Shown: piece by piece, positions 30,114 to 39,600 of the stretch
How the letters are laid out: every line of letters starts with the position of its first letter
Numbering within the stretch: position 1 is the stretch's first letter
Assembly (NCBI GenBank): GCA_963781885.1
Contig: CAWAHW010000004.1
Span: forward strand, 416,001 to 480,000
Reading direction: 5' to 3'
Length of the DNA: 64,000 bases
Origin: an uncultured Spirochaetota bacterium
GTDB lineage: Bacteria > Spirochaetota > Spirochaetia > SZUA-6 > Fen-1364
Notes under the pieces: model-generated
The model's input: only the letters and a program-made list of their open reading frames with translations
Databases searched by the model: none
What the model was told of the DNA's origin: nothing
Program-made: the position numbers and the translations under genes

Positions 30114-30658
30114 GCGGCCTTTTCATCGGCGGACGCCTGTCGGTGACGACCGGCGACATCACGCGCGTCCACGCGGACGCCATCGTGAACGCGGCGAACT
30201 CCTCCCTCCTGGGCGGCGGCGGCGTGGATGGCGCCATCCATCGGGCCGGAGGACCTTCCATTCTGGAGGAATGCCGCCGCATGCGCGCGGCGCGGTTTCC
30301 CGACGGCCTTCCCGCGGGTGATGCGGTGGAGACCACGGCGGGGTTGCTGCCCGCGCGCTGGGTCATTCATACCGTTGGCCCGATCTGGCACGGGGGAAGC
30401 GCCGGTGAGCCTGGCACGCTCGCGCGTTGCTACAGGAGCTGCCTGGAGCTTGCGGCGCGGCGGGGCGCGCAGAGCGTCGCATTCCCCGCGATATCCACCG
30501 GCGTCTACGGCTACCCGCGTGAAGGAGCCGCGCGCATCGCCGCGGATGCGATCTCCGCGTGGCTCGCGGCGAACGAGCTGCCGCGCACCGTGATGCTCGT
30601 GTTCTACTCCGGCGCGGATGAAGCGGTCTTTCTCCGCAACTCCGGCCTCCACGAATGA
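30110..30658 (+). CDS. Macro domain O-acetyl-ADP-ribose deacetylase (YmdB-like)
   Basis: GDIT, IVNAANSSLLGGGGVDGAIH, FPAISTGVYG. Confidence 0.92.
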   Translation: MSGLFIGGRLSVTTGDITRVHADAIVNAANSSLLGGGGVDGAIHRAGGPSILEECRRMRAARFPDGLPAGDAVETTAGLLPARWVIHTVGPIWHGGSAGEPGTLARCYRSCLELAARRGAQSVAFPAISTGVYGYPREGAARIAADAISAWLAANELPRTVMLVFYSGADEAVFLRNSGLHE

Positions 30659-32187
30659 GCGACGCTGCCCCTGCCCCTCGACCCCTTCCCACGTCGCTGA
30701 ACTGGAAGGAGATCGACCTCGTCCTCTCCGAGATGACCCTGCCCGGCAGCCTCATCCAGGAGGTGCATCAACCCCGGCACGACAGATTCGTGCTCACCCT
30801 CTTCCGCGCGGGCGCGTCGTCCATGCTGTTCGTGTCCCTTTCCGCGCGGCTTCCGCGCATGCACATGATCGTGAACAAGCTCGCCAACCCGGAGAAGCCT
30901 TATCGCTTCGCTTCATTCCTGCGGGCGCATATCCGCGGCGGAAGGATAGAGAGCGCGGAGCAGGTGCGGCGGGACGGCGCGGGAGCCGCGGCTGACACGC
31001 CGCTTCCCGGCGAGCGCATCGTGAAGATCGTCATCCTGCGCGGCGGGGAGAAAAAGGTGCTCTGGGTGCGCCTGTGGGGAGCGGCCGCGAATGCCCTCCT
31101 CACCGACACGGACAACGTGATACTCGACGCATTCTATCGACGGCCGAAAAAGGGGGAGGTATCCGGTTCGCCCTTCGATCCTCTTCCACCGGCGCGCGCG
31201 CGCGCCGCGGGTGCGGAGCCGCAGAAGGAGTTCTCCGTCCGCGATCTTCCCGGACCGGGAACGTTCAATGAGAGGCTGGAGGCGTGCCTCAACGAGGCCG
31301 AGAACCGCGGTGACGTGGAAAAAGCCACCGTGCAGGCCGACGGGGAGCTCGAGATCTCTGAGAACAAGGTGCTCGCCAACCTGGAAAAGCTCACACGGAG
31401 GATTGCCGAATACGCCGGCGTCGAGCGCTTCCGGGAGCTGGGCGACATCGTCACCAGCAACATCCACGCGATCGGCAAGGGCGACAGGTGGCTGCACGCG
31501 GTGGATTTCTTCCATTTGGACGCGCCGGTGGACATCGAGCTCGCCCCGGAGCTCACCCCGGCGCAGAACGCGGAAGCCTATTACGACCGTCACAGGAAGG
31601 CGCGGCTTGGCAAGGGCAAGGTGGAGGAAGAGATCGCGCATCTCACCCGGACCCTCAAAAGGATACGGGCGCAGCGTGCGGCGCTGTCAGAGACGCCCGA
31701 TCCCGCGGCGCTCGGCCGGGTGGCGGAAAAGGCCGTGCGCGCCCGCGCGCCCTTGCGGGAACAGAGCATGCCGGGCCTCGTGTTCCTGTCCCCGCCGTAC
31801 CGGATCATCGTTGGGCGCACCGCCGCGGAAAACGACGAGCTCCTGCGAAGGAAGGTGCGCGGCAACGACTGGTGGTTTCACGCCCGCGACTGGCCCGGCG
31901 CATATGTGTTCGTCAAGGCGCAGCCCGGCAAGAGCCTGCCGCTCGCGACGATGCTCGACGCGGCGACGCTCGCCCTGCATTTTTCCCGGGGAAAATCCTC
32001 GGGCCAGGGCGACGTGTACTACACCATGGTGAAGTACCTGCGGCGCGCCAAGGGCGCGAAGAAGGGCACGGTCCTTCCGACGCAGGAGAAGAATCTCCAC
32101 GTGAAGATCGACGCCGCACGGATCGAACGCCTGAAATCAGGGGACCTGCCGGAAGCCGAGCCCGGCGACGCGCCGCCGCGGGAATAA
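30655..32187 (+). CDS. rqcH: NFACT/RqcH ribosome quality-control protein
   Basis: QNAEAYY, IVGRTAAEND, WFHARDWPGAYV. Confidence 0.85.
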   Translation: MSDAAPAPRPLPTSLNWKEIDLVLSEMTLPGSLIQEVHQPRHDRFVLTLFRAGASSMLFVSLSARLPRMHMIVNKLANPEKPYRFASFLRAHIRGGRIESAEQVRRDGAGAAADTPLPGERIVKIVILRGGEKKVLWVRLWGAAANALLTDTDNVILDAFYRRPKKGEVSGSPFDPLPPARARAAGAEPQKEFSVRDLPGPGTFNERLEACLNEAENRGDVEKATVQADGELEISENKVLANLEKLTRRIAEYAGVERFRELGDIVTSNIHAIGKGDRWLHAVDFFHLDAPVDIELAPELTPAQNAEAYYDRHRKARLGKGKVEEEIAHLTRTLKRIRAQRAALSETPDPAALGRVAEKAVRARAPLREQSMPGLVFLSPPYRIIVGRTAAENDELLRRKVRGNDWWFHARDWPGAYVFVKAQPGKSLPLATMLDAATLALHFSRGKSSGQGDVYYTMVKYLRRAKGAKKGTVLPTQEKNLHVKIDAARIERLKSGDLPEAEPGDAPPRE

Positions 32188-32217
32188 CGCCGAGGTCCGC
32201 GGCGCGCGCCGCGGCCA

Positions 32218-33293
<1,076 letters not shown>

Positions 33294-33294
<1 letters not shown>

Positions 33295-33839
33295 CAGAGC
33301 AGGACCGCGGCGGACACCACGGTTGTCCAGACGCCTCCTGAAGCCCCTTCGGCTGTCTGCGTGATGCTCGTGCTGTCGACGATATGGCCGCCCATGCGGT
33401 ACTGTTCCCGCCGCTCGTTGTAGTCCTTGTCCAGGTCGAATGGCACACCCAGGAGCGTCGCGAGCATCGAGGCAGCGAGGTCCTCGGCATAATCGCCCGC
33501 CTCTTTTTCCGTCTGCCCGTACACGTGATGCTCCGAGAGGTAGCCGTACATTTTCTGGTCGGCCGGTATGGCGATGCCGATGGACGACGCGATGCGCCGG
33601 CCCGGCTCATTCGTCGCCATTTCCGCCAGCACGACGAATGTCACCTCGCCCGCCTCCAGCGCCGCCAGGCCCTCCTCGGGGCTCGCGATCTTGCAACCGG
33701 GCGGAAAGATGGAGGAGACGCGGACGATGTTCAGGTGCGCGATGCCGGCATTCCGCAGCGCCATTTCGAAGCTGTTGAGCTTTTCTTTATTGATTCCCAC
33801 CCCTCGGGTCAGGAATAACTTGCGGGGAACGAATCTCAC
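33294..33839 (-). CDS. pdaD: Pyruvoyl-dependent arginine decarboxylase
   Basis: SFEMALRNAGI, NIVRVSSIFP self-cleavage site, YGYLSEHH. Confidence 0.9.
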
Positions 33840-34061
33840 CTCTTTGCTCTCCTTTCCCGGCCGCGGTATTCCCGCGGCATTTGCCGCACGAGAGATGGAA
33901 GGCGGCGCCGCGGCGCCTCATCGACCATAGGGTGAAGGCCGACGAAAGTCAATAATACTGTTGCGCGGAGCATTCGTGGAGTCACAATCCGTCTGCCACA
34001 GAAAACCGTCGCAACGCCGACCTTGCAAACGCACCGGCATTCCACGATACTTTTTGGTGGT

Positions 34062-34904
34062 ATGAGCGCTACACCGCTCAGGGCGACCATCCGCCCCCCG
34101 CTTGTCGACGGTCTGTTCTATCCGGCGCGACGGGATGCTCTTGCCGCCCAGATCGACGATCTGCTTGCACATTCTCCCGTTGCCCGCGCGGCGCGTTTTG
34201 CCGTCATTTCGCCGCACGCCGGATACGAGCACGCCGGCGCCGTCATGGCCGCAGCTTTCCGCAGCATCTCGGAACGCCCCGTGCGGCGGGCCGTCCTCAT
34301 CGGCCCGGTACATCGGGACCCGGTGGAAGGCATTTTTCTGCCCGAGTCTGACGCTTTCAGCACCCCGCTGGGGCAGACACCCGTGGATACGAAGGCAGTC
34401 GATGCGCTCCTCTCCTGCGGCCCCCTTTTCCGCCGCGACGACATTCCGCACCTGGAAGAGCATTGCCTGGAGCTGCAGATTCCCTTTCTTGCGCGTCTTT
34501 TCCCCGACGTCCCGATCGTGCCGATGCTGGTGGGAAGCGGCCGTTACGCCGTGGCCGCCGCGCTCCAGCGCGCCCTTCAATTGACCTTCGCCGACAGCGC
34601 CGCCTATACTGTCTACATCGTCACTGCCAACATATCCTCCTACATGACGGGAAAAGACCCCGACGCGGAGTCCGCGGCGATGGAGGAGCTCCTGCTCCGC
34701 GCAGACGCGAAAGGCGTCGTGGCGGCCGCGGAGCGCCGGCTCGTGAGCGCCTGCGCGCCCGCCGGAATCGCCGCCGTGCTCGCTCTTGCCGGGAGCGGAT
34801 GTCGCGTGGAAATCCTCGCGCGCGCCCGATCGCAGGACCAGGAGGATCCCTCCCGGGTCGTGCACTATGCGGCGGTGGGCATCGACCCCGCCTCCCCTGC
34901 ATGA
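34062..34904 (+). CDS. amrB: AmmeMemoRadiSam system protein B (MEMO1-like)
   Basis: VDGLFYP, SPHAGY, STPLG, EEHCLELQIPFL. Confidence 0.8.
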   Translation: MSATPLRATIRPPLVDGLFYPARRDALAAQIDDLLAHSPVARAARFAVISPHAGYEHAGAVMAAAFRSISERPVRRAVLIGPVHRDPVEGIFLPESDAFSTPLGQTPVDTKAVDALLSCGPLFRRDDIPHLEEHCLELQIPFLARLFPDVPIVPMLVGSGRYAVAAALQRALQLTFADSAAYTVYIVTANISSYMTGKDPDAESAAMEELLLRADAKGVVAAAERRLVSACAPAGIAAVLALAGSGCRVEILARARSQDQEDPSRVVHYAAVGIDPASPA

Positions 34905-35455
34905 GCATGACGCTCAACGAACAGGAAAAGCTCGTCCTCCTCCAGACCGCACGTGAAGCGATTGCCGCGCGCCTTGCCAAAAGGGCGCCGGTCTTCCCGC
35001 CGGCCCGGGGCATTCTGCGGGAGCCGCGGGGGGCATTCGTGACGCTGAAGGCGCGCGGAGAGCTCCGTGGGTGCATCGGGCACATCGGAGCCACCGCACC
35101 GCTCGTGGAGACCGTGAGGGACGCCGCGCTTGCCAGCGCGTTCGAGGACCCGCGCTTTCCCCCGCTGCGACCCGACGAATGGGATGCCGTGTGCATCGAG
35201 ATATCGGTCCTCTCAGCCTTCGAGCCGATCAGCGACGCGGCACAGATCCGCGTCGGAGAGCACGGCATCATGATCCGCAAGGGCTCGCGTTCCGGGCTCC
35301 TTCTCCCCCAGGTGGCGACCGAGCAGGGATGGGACAAAGCCACCTTTCTCACGCATATTTGTTACAAGGCGGGATTGCCGGGCGACGCGTGGAAGTCGCC
35401 TGACGCGCATCTTTCGGTTTTTTCCGCCGTCGTCTTTCACGAGATGCAGGCCTGA
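34901..35455 (+). CDS. amrA: AmmeMemoRadiSam system protein A (AMMECR1-like)
   Basis: GAFVTL, LRGCIG, AFEDPRF, LLLPQVA. Confidence 0.9.
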   Translation: MSMTLNEQEKLVLLQTAREAIAARLAKRAPVFPPARGILREPRGAFVTLKARGELRGCIGHIGATAPLVETVRDAALASAFEDPRFPPLRPDEWDAVCIEISVLSAFEPISDAAQIRVGEHGIMIRKGSRSGLLLPQVATEQGWDKATFLTHICYKAGLPGDAWKSPDAHLSVFSAVVFHEMQA

Positions 35456-35467
35456 GGGATCGCGAAT

Positions 35468-36895
35468 ATGGAGCTCATGGACAAGGGGATCCGACATCTG
35501 GCGGTCGCCGTCGGCCCTGCGGCGCAGGGCACGGCCCTCACACGCATCCTTGCGCTGAAGACCTCCCCGGGATGGATCGTGCGTCAGAACGACGTGGAGG
35601 AATGGCGCTATGAAGGGGTGCGGGAGCAGGACGGCACGCTCTACCTCTATGGGCCGCACGTCTCCGGCATCCCCCTTTCCGACATATTCACGGCGCAGCT
35701 CGCAGGCGCCCTGCCCTCCCTTGCACGGCTTGCCCCGGCGCTGTCCCTCCTTGCAGAGAAGGGCAAGGGATGGTACGCGCTGGAGGCGGATGCCGTGCTT
35801 TTCACAGAGGAGGCGGTCCTTTTCCTTCCGCCCGCGATCCATCGCGAGATCCGGGACATGCGCACCTTTGAAAGCAACCGCGATGCATTCGAATGCATCA
35901 ACCATCCCGACATGAAGGGGGAGGCGCAAGCCTCCTTCGGCATCGCGGCGATCCTCTACCGCGTGATCGTCGGGCATTTTCCCTTCACCGGGCCGACGTC
36001 TGAAGAGATCCATGAGCAGGCGCGGAAGCTCGCCGTCACCCCGCCGGCCAGCCAGGTCCCGGGCTTGGCCGCCGAGGTATCGGAGCTCATTCTGGCGGGC
36101 CTCGGTCGGGGTCGACGCGGAACCGTGACGCTTGCCGAATGGGCGACGAAGCTCGTGGAATGGCAGTCGCGGGAGATCTTCCGACCCCTTTCCGCGGAGG
36201 AGAACGCGCGGGCGCTCGATGAGGCCCAGGCCCGGGAGATCGGCTCGACAAAAAGCTTCCGCCGACGGATGTTCTGGGAGAAGAACTGGAAGCTCGCGGC
36301 GGTGGTGGCCGCGGGCGTCATCATCGTGGGCGCGGTCCTGGGAAGCATCCTGAGCCACGCGCTCGCCCCCCGGGTCACGCACGGATTCACGCCCCGCCAG
36401 GTCGTGAACGGCTTCTATTCTGGCATGAACTCGCTGGACCAGACCTTGATGGACGCCTGCGTCACCGGGAAGGCCGGGCAGGCCGAGATCAATGAGACGA
36501 CCACGCTCTACGTCACCTCGCGCGTGACACAGGGCTACGAAGGCAAGTCGAATATCGTGTCCGCGGCGGAATGGGACAGAGCCGGCAGACCCGCGCTCAC
36601 GAGCCCTCAGACGGTCTTCGGCGTGACCGGCCTTTCCATGACCCAGGAGCAGGACGAGCCCCACCCCGTCTTCCTGGTGAAATACGACATGTGGAACCCT
36701 GCCAGCCCCCCCGATACCGGCAAAGCGCCCTCCCTGGAGGCCGCTCCGGCCTCCGAAGGACACCACGTCGTCGACAGGGTATCCCTGAAGCTCACCGGGG
36801 GCGACTGGTTGATCGACAAAATCGACCGGCTTTCTTCAGATCTTCTGCCCCCCCCGCAAGCTCTCGCCGCTCCGCCATCGCCACCGGCCCGGTAG
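35468..36895 (+). CDS. Single-pass membrane hypothetical protein, degenerate kinase-like N-terminus
   Basis: FGIAAILYRVIVGHFPF resembles kinase subdomain IX; central TM. Confidence 0.55.
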   Translation: MELMDKGIRHLAVAVGPAAQGTALTRILALKTSPGWIVRQNDVEEWRYEGVREQDGTLYLYGPHVSGIPLSDIFTAQLAGALPSLARLAPALSLLAEKGKGWYALEADAVLFTEEAVLFLPPAIHREIRDMRTFESNRDAFECINHPDMKGEAQASFGIAAILYRVIVGHFPFTGPTSEEIHEQARKLAVTPPASQVPGLAAEVSELILAGLGRGRRGTVTLAEWATKLVEWQSREIFRPLSAEENARALDEAQAREIGSTKSFRRRMFWEKNWKLAAVVAAGVIIVGAVLGSILSHALAPRVTHGFTPRQVVNGFYSGMNSLDQTLMDACVTGKAGQAEINETTTLYVTSRVTQGYEGKSNIVSAAEWDRAGRPALTSPQTVFGVTGLSMTQEQDEPHPVFLVKYDMWNPASPPDTGKAPSLEAAPASEGHHVVDRVSLKLTGGDWLIDKIDRLSSDLLPPPQALAAPPSPPAR

Positions 36896-37051
36896 CGGCG
36901 GCGGGGTCGACGGCGCCACCGCGCGGCACGACGGGAGGAAACGTCTCCCGATGGCAGGCCGCGTCGGTCCCCTTGCACAAAAGCCGCGCATCCGTGCGCT
37001 ACCGCGCTTTCCTCTTCGGCACCGCAGGGATATACTTGTCGCCGAGGGGAT

Positions 37052-38554
37052 ATGAAAAAATATCTAGGCGACATCCTGATCGAAAAAGGCTATCTCAGCA
37101 GCAAAGATCTCGGCAGGGCCCTGACGTACCAGATGCGCCAGGTATTCGGGGACGAGCCGCTGAGCAGCGCCACTGATTTCATCCTCGACGTGGCCCGCAC
37201 GAAATACAACAATCGCGACAGGTTCTACCTTGGAAAGATCCTCACGCAGCTGAAGCTCCTGCCGGAGAACAGGCTCCAGGAAGCCCTGGAAATCCAGAAG
37301 GCCGCCCCCCTCGATACCACCCCCTTGAGCAAGCTGGATGCGCTCAACCGCATCATCGTGCGGATGAACTCCTCCTACAATCTCATCGACCTGCTCAACC
37401 AGGTGCTCGTGCTCGCCGCGCAGCTCGTGGACGCGGAGAGCGCCAGTCTCACGATCCACGATCACGGGCGGGACACGCTGGTGATCGTCATGCCCACCGG
37501 TCCCGGCGCGGAGGCCGTGCGCGACCGTGAGGTGCCGAAGGACAAAGGCATCGTCGGCTGGGTGTTCGAAAACGGCAGGCCCGTGATCTGCAACGACACG
37601 TCCGCCGACGCGCGCTTCTACGCCGCCATCGATGCAGCGAGCGGCTACACGAGCCGGCAGATCCTCTGCGTGCCGCTCACGGTCCGCGACCGGAGACTCG
37701 GCGCCGTCGAGGCGATCAACAAGAACGGGCGGACGGGCCAGGCAGCGCGCGGCTTTTCGGAGGCCGACCAGTTCCTGCTGGAGATGTTCAGCGCACAGGC
37801 CGCCATCGCCATCGAGAACACGCGGCTGGCCATCGCCCTTGCCCAGGCGCAGGATGACCTTGCCGTGCGCGCCACCGCGGTGCCGGAGGCGCAGAAAGCC
37901 CACGCCGGATCGCTCGTCGCCGATTCCTTCCTCCACGAGATGGAGAAGTCGCTCATCCCGCTCAAGGGCTACGCGGCGCGGCTGGGCGAGGTGTCGGAAG
38001 ACGAGCGGGTGCTGAAGTACCAGTCCTACGTGGATCGGGAAATCGGAAAGCTGATCGCGCACGGCCAGGACGTGACCCGCTATCTCACGAACACCTTTGC
38101 ACCCGTCATCCGACCCATGGACCTCCGCGAGATTCTCAAGGAGCTCGAATCCCGTGTCTGGGTGGACTGCCGCACCTCCGGCATCGCCTTCACACTGGAA
38201 ATGAAGGGAGAGTGCACGGTTCCCGCCGATGAGGAGCTCCTCCTCGCGGTCATGGAAAACATTTTCCGCAACGCGCGCGACGCGATGCCCGCGGGCGGAA
38301 CCTTCGCCGTCTCCGTCCTGCCGGCGGACAAGGGCAAGGTGACGATCGCCTTTGCCGACACGGGAGCGGGCATCACCGCGGACCCGGTGAGACGCATCTT
38401 CGAGCCTTTCTACACGAGCGGCAAGCCGCACGGCGCCGGGCTCGGGCTGGCCATTGCGCGAAAAATCGTGGACCTGCACGGCGGCACCCTGACCGCGGCG
38501 AACCGCAAGAGTGCGTCGGGGGCGATTTTCAGGATCACGCTCCCCGTGTCGTGA
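37052..38554 (+). CDS. GAF sensor histidine kinase with N-terminal MshEN-like motifs
   Basis: GAF ILCVPL..LGAVEAINK; H-box FLHE; N-box NARDAM; DTGAGI, FYTSGK, GAGLGL. Confidence 0.88.
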   Translation: MKKYLGDILIEKGYLSSKDLGRALTYQMRQVFGDEPLSSATDFILDVARTKYNNRDRFYLGKILTQLKLLPENRLQEALEIQKAAPLDTTPLSKLDALNRIIVRMNSSYNLIDLLNQVLVLAAQLVDAESASLTIHDHGRDTLVIVMPTGPGAEAVRDREVPKDKGIVGWVFENGRPVICNDTSADARFYAAIDAASGYTSRQILCVPLTVRDRRLGAVEAINKNGRTGQAARGFSEADQFLLEMFSAQAAIAIENTRLAIALAQAQDDLAVRATAVPEAQKAHAGSLVADSFLHEMEKSLIPLKGYAARLGEVSEDERVLKYQSYVDREIGKLIAHGQDVTRYLTNTFAPVIRPMDLREILKELESRVWVDCRTSGIAFTLEMKGECTVPADEELLLAVMENIFRNARDAMPAGGTFAVSVLPADKGKVTIAFADTGAGITADPVRRIFEPFYTSGKPHGAGLGLAIARKIVDLHGGTLTAANRKSASGAIFRITLPVS

Positions 38555-39477
38555 GGAGCGCGTCGATCTCCGCGACGCTCGGCATGGAATGCTGCGCGCC
38601 TCGACGCGTCGTGGAAAGGGCGGCCGCGGCAGAGGCCCTGCGCAGCGACTCCCTCACCGGGCAGGCCGGCCGCCAGCGACGCGGCGAGCACGCCGCAGTA
38701 GCAGTCCCCCGCCCCCACCGTATCGACCGCTTCCACCGGAAAGGGCGCGATGGGAAAGACCCCATCCGCCGACACCCACAGGCTTCCCTTGCCGCCCAAC
38801 GTCACGATGACATTCCCGACGCCCCAGCCCAGGGGCAGTCGCGCAAGCCGGGCGAGCTGCCCGCCTTCGGGGTCCGGCGGTGCCTGCTCATCCACCAGCG
38901 CCGAAAGCTCGTTGCGATTGCAGATGAGAAAGCGCACGGCGCGCAGCACGTCGGCATCGGGGCGCCTGCTCACGGTCGGTGCGAGGTTCCACAGCACGCA
39001 ATGCCCTGCCGCATCCGCGCGGCGGATCAGGGTTTCGGTCGTCTCCTGCGGCACTTCGTTCTGGAAAAGCGCGATGCAGGTCTCCCCCGACGCCGCCCGC
39101 GGGAGGCTCACATTGTCGGCGCTGAACAGGTTGTTTGCCCCCGGGGCGACCGCAATGGTATTCTCACCCACCGTATCCACGGTGATCTGCGCGATGCCGG
39201 ACGCGGCCTCTGCAACGATGCGCACGCCACCGGTGAAAACGCCCGTCCTTTCGAGGCTCGCAATACGCTCCCGGCCGAATGCATCATCGCCCAGGCAACC
39301 GTAGAGCTGCACCACGGCGCCCGCCCGGGCGGCGGCCACGGCCTGGTTCGCCCCTTTGCCTCCGGGATAAGCGCCGAAGGTGCCGCCGCCGACCGTCTCC
39401 CCCGGGAGGGGAAGGCGCGTCACGTACACGACGAGATCCGTATTGATGCTGCCAAAGACAAAAACCCTTGCGGGCAT
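38535..39477 (-). CDS. rbsK: Ribokinase; apparent 1-bp insertion near 38660
   Basis: GSINTD, GGKGANQA, DTVGAGD; other frame gives AAALSTTRRGAQHSMP. Confidence 0.85.
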
Positions 39478-39485
39478 GGTCGTTG

Positions 39486-39591
39486 AGTGTAAAGGTGGGC
39501 CGGGGAGGGTGTCAATTCAACGCGAGACTCTCATGAAACGTGGGCCGGGTTCCACACGTGAATTGAACAGTGCTGTTCCATTTGCTATGAT
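39486..39591. promoter_or_regulatory. Divergent sigma70 promoters for rbsK (TTGACA-N18-TACACT) and valS (TTGAAC-N17-TATGAT)
   Basis: -10 boxes 8 and 9 nt from the respective ATGs; no SD. Confidence 0.55.
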
Positions 39592-39600
39592 CCGTCCCAC

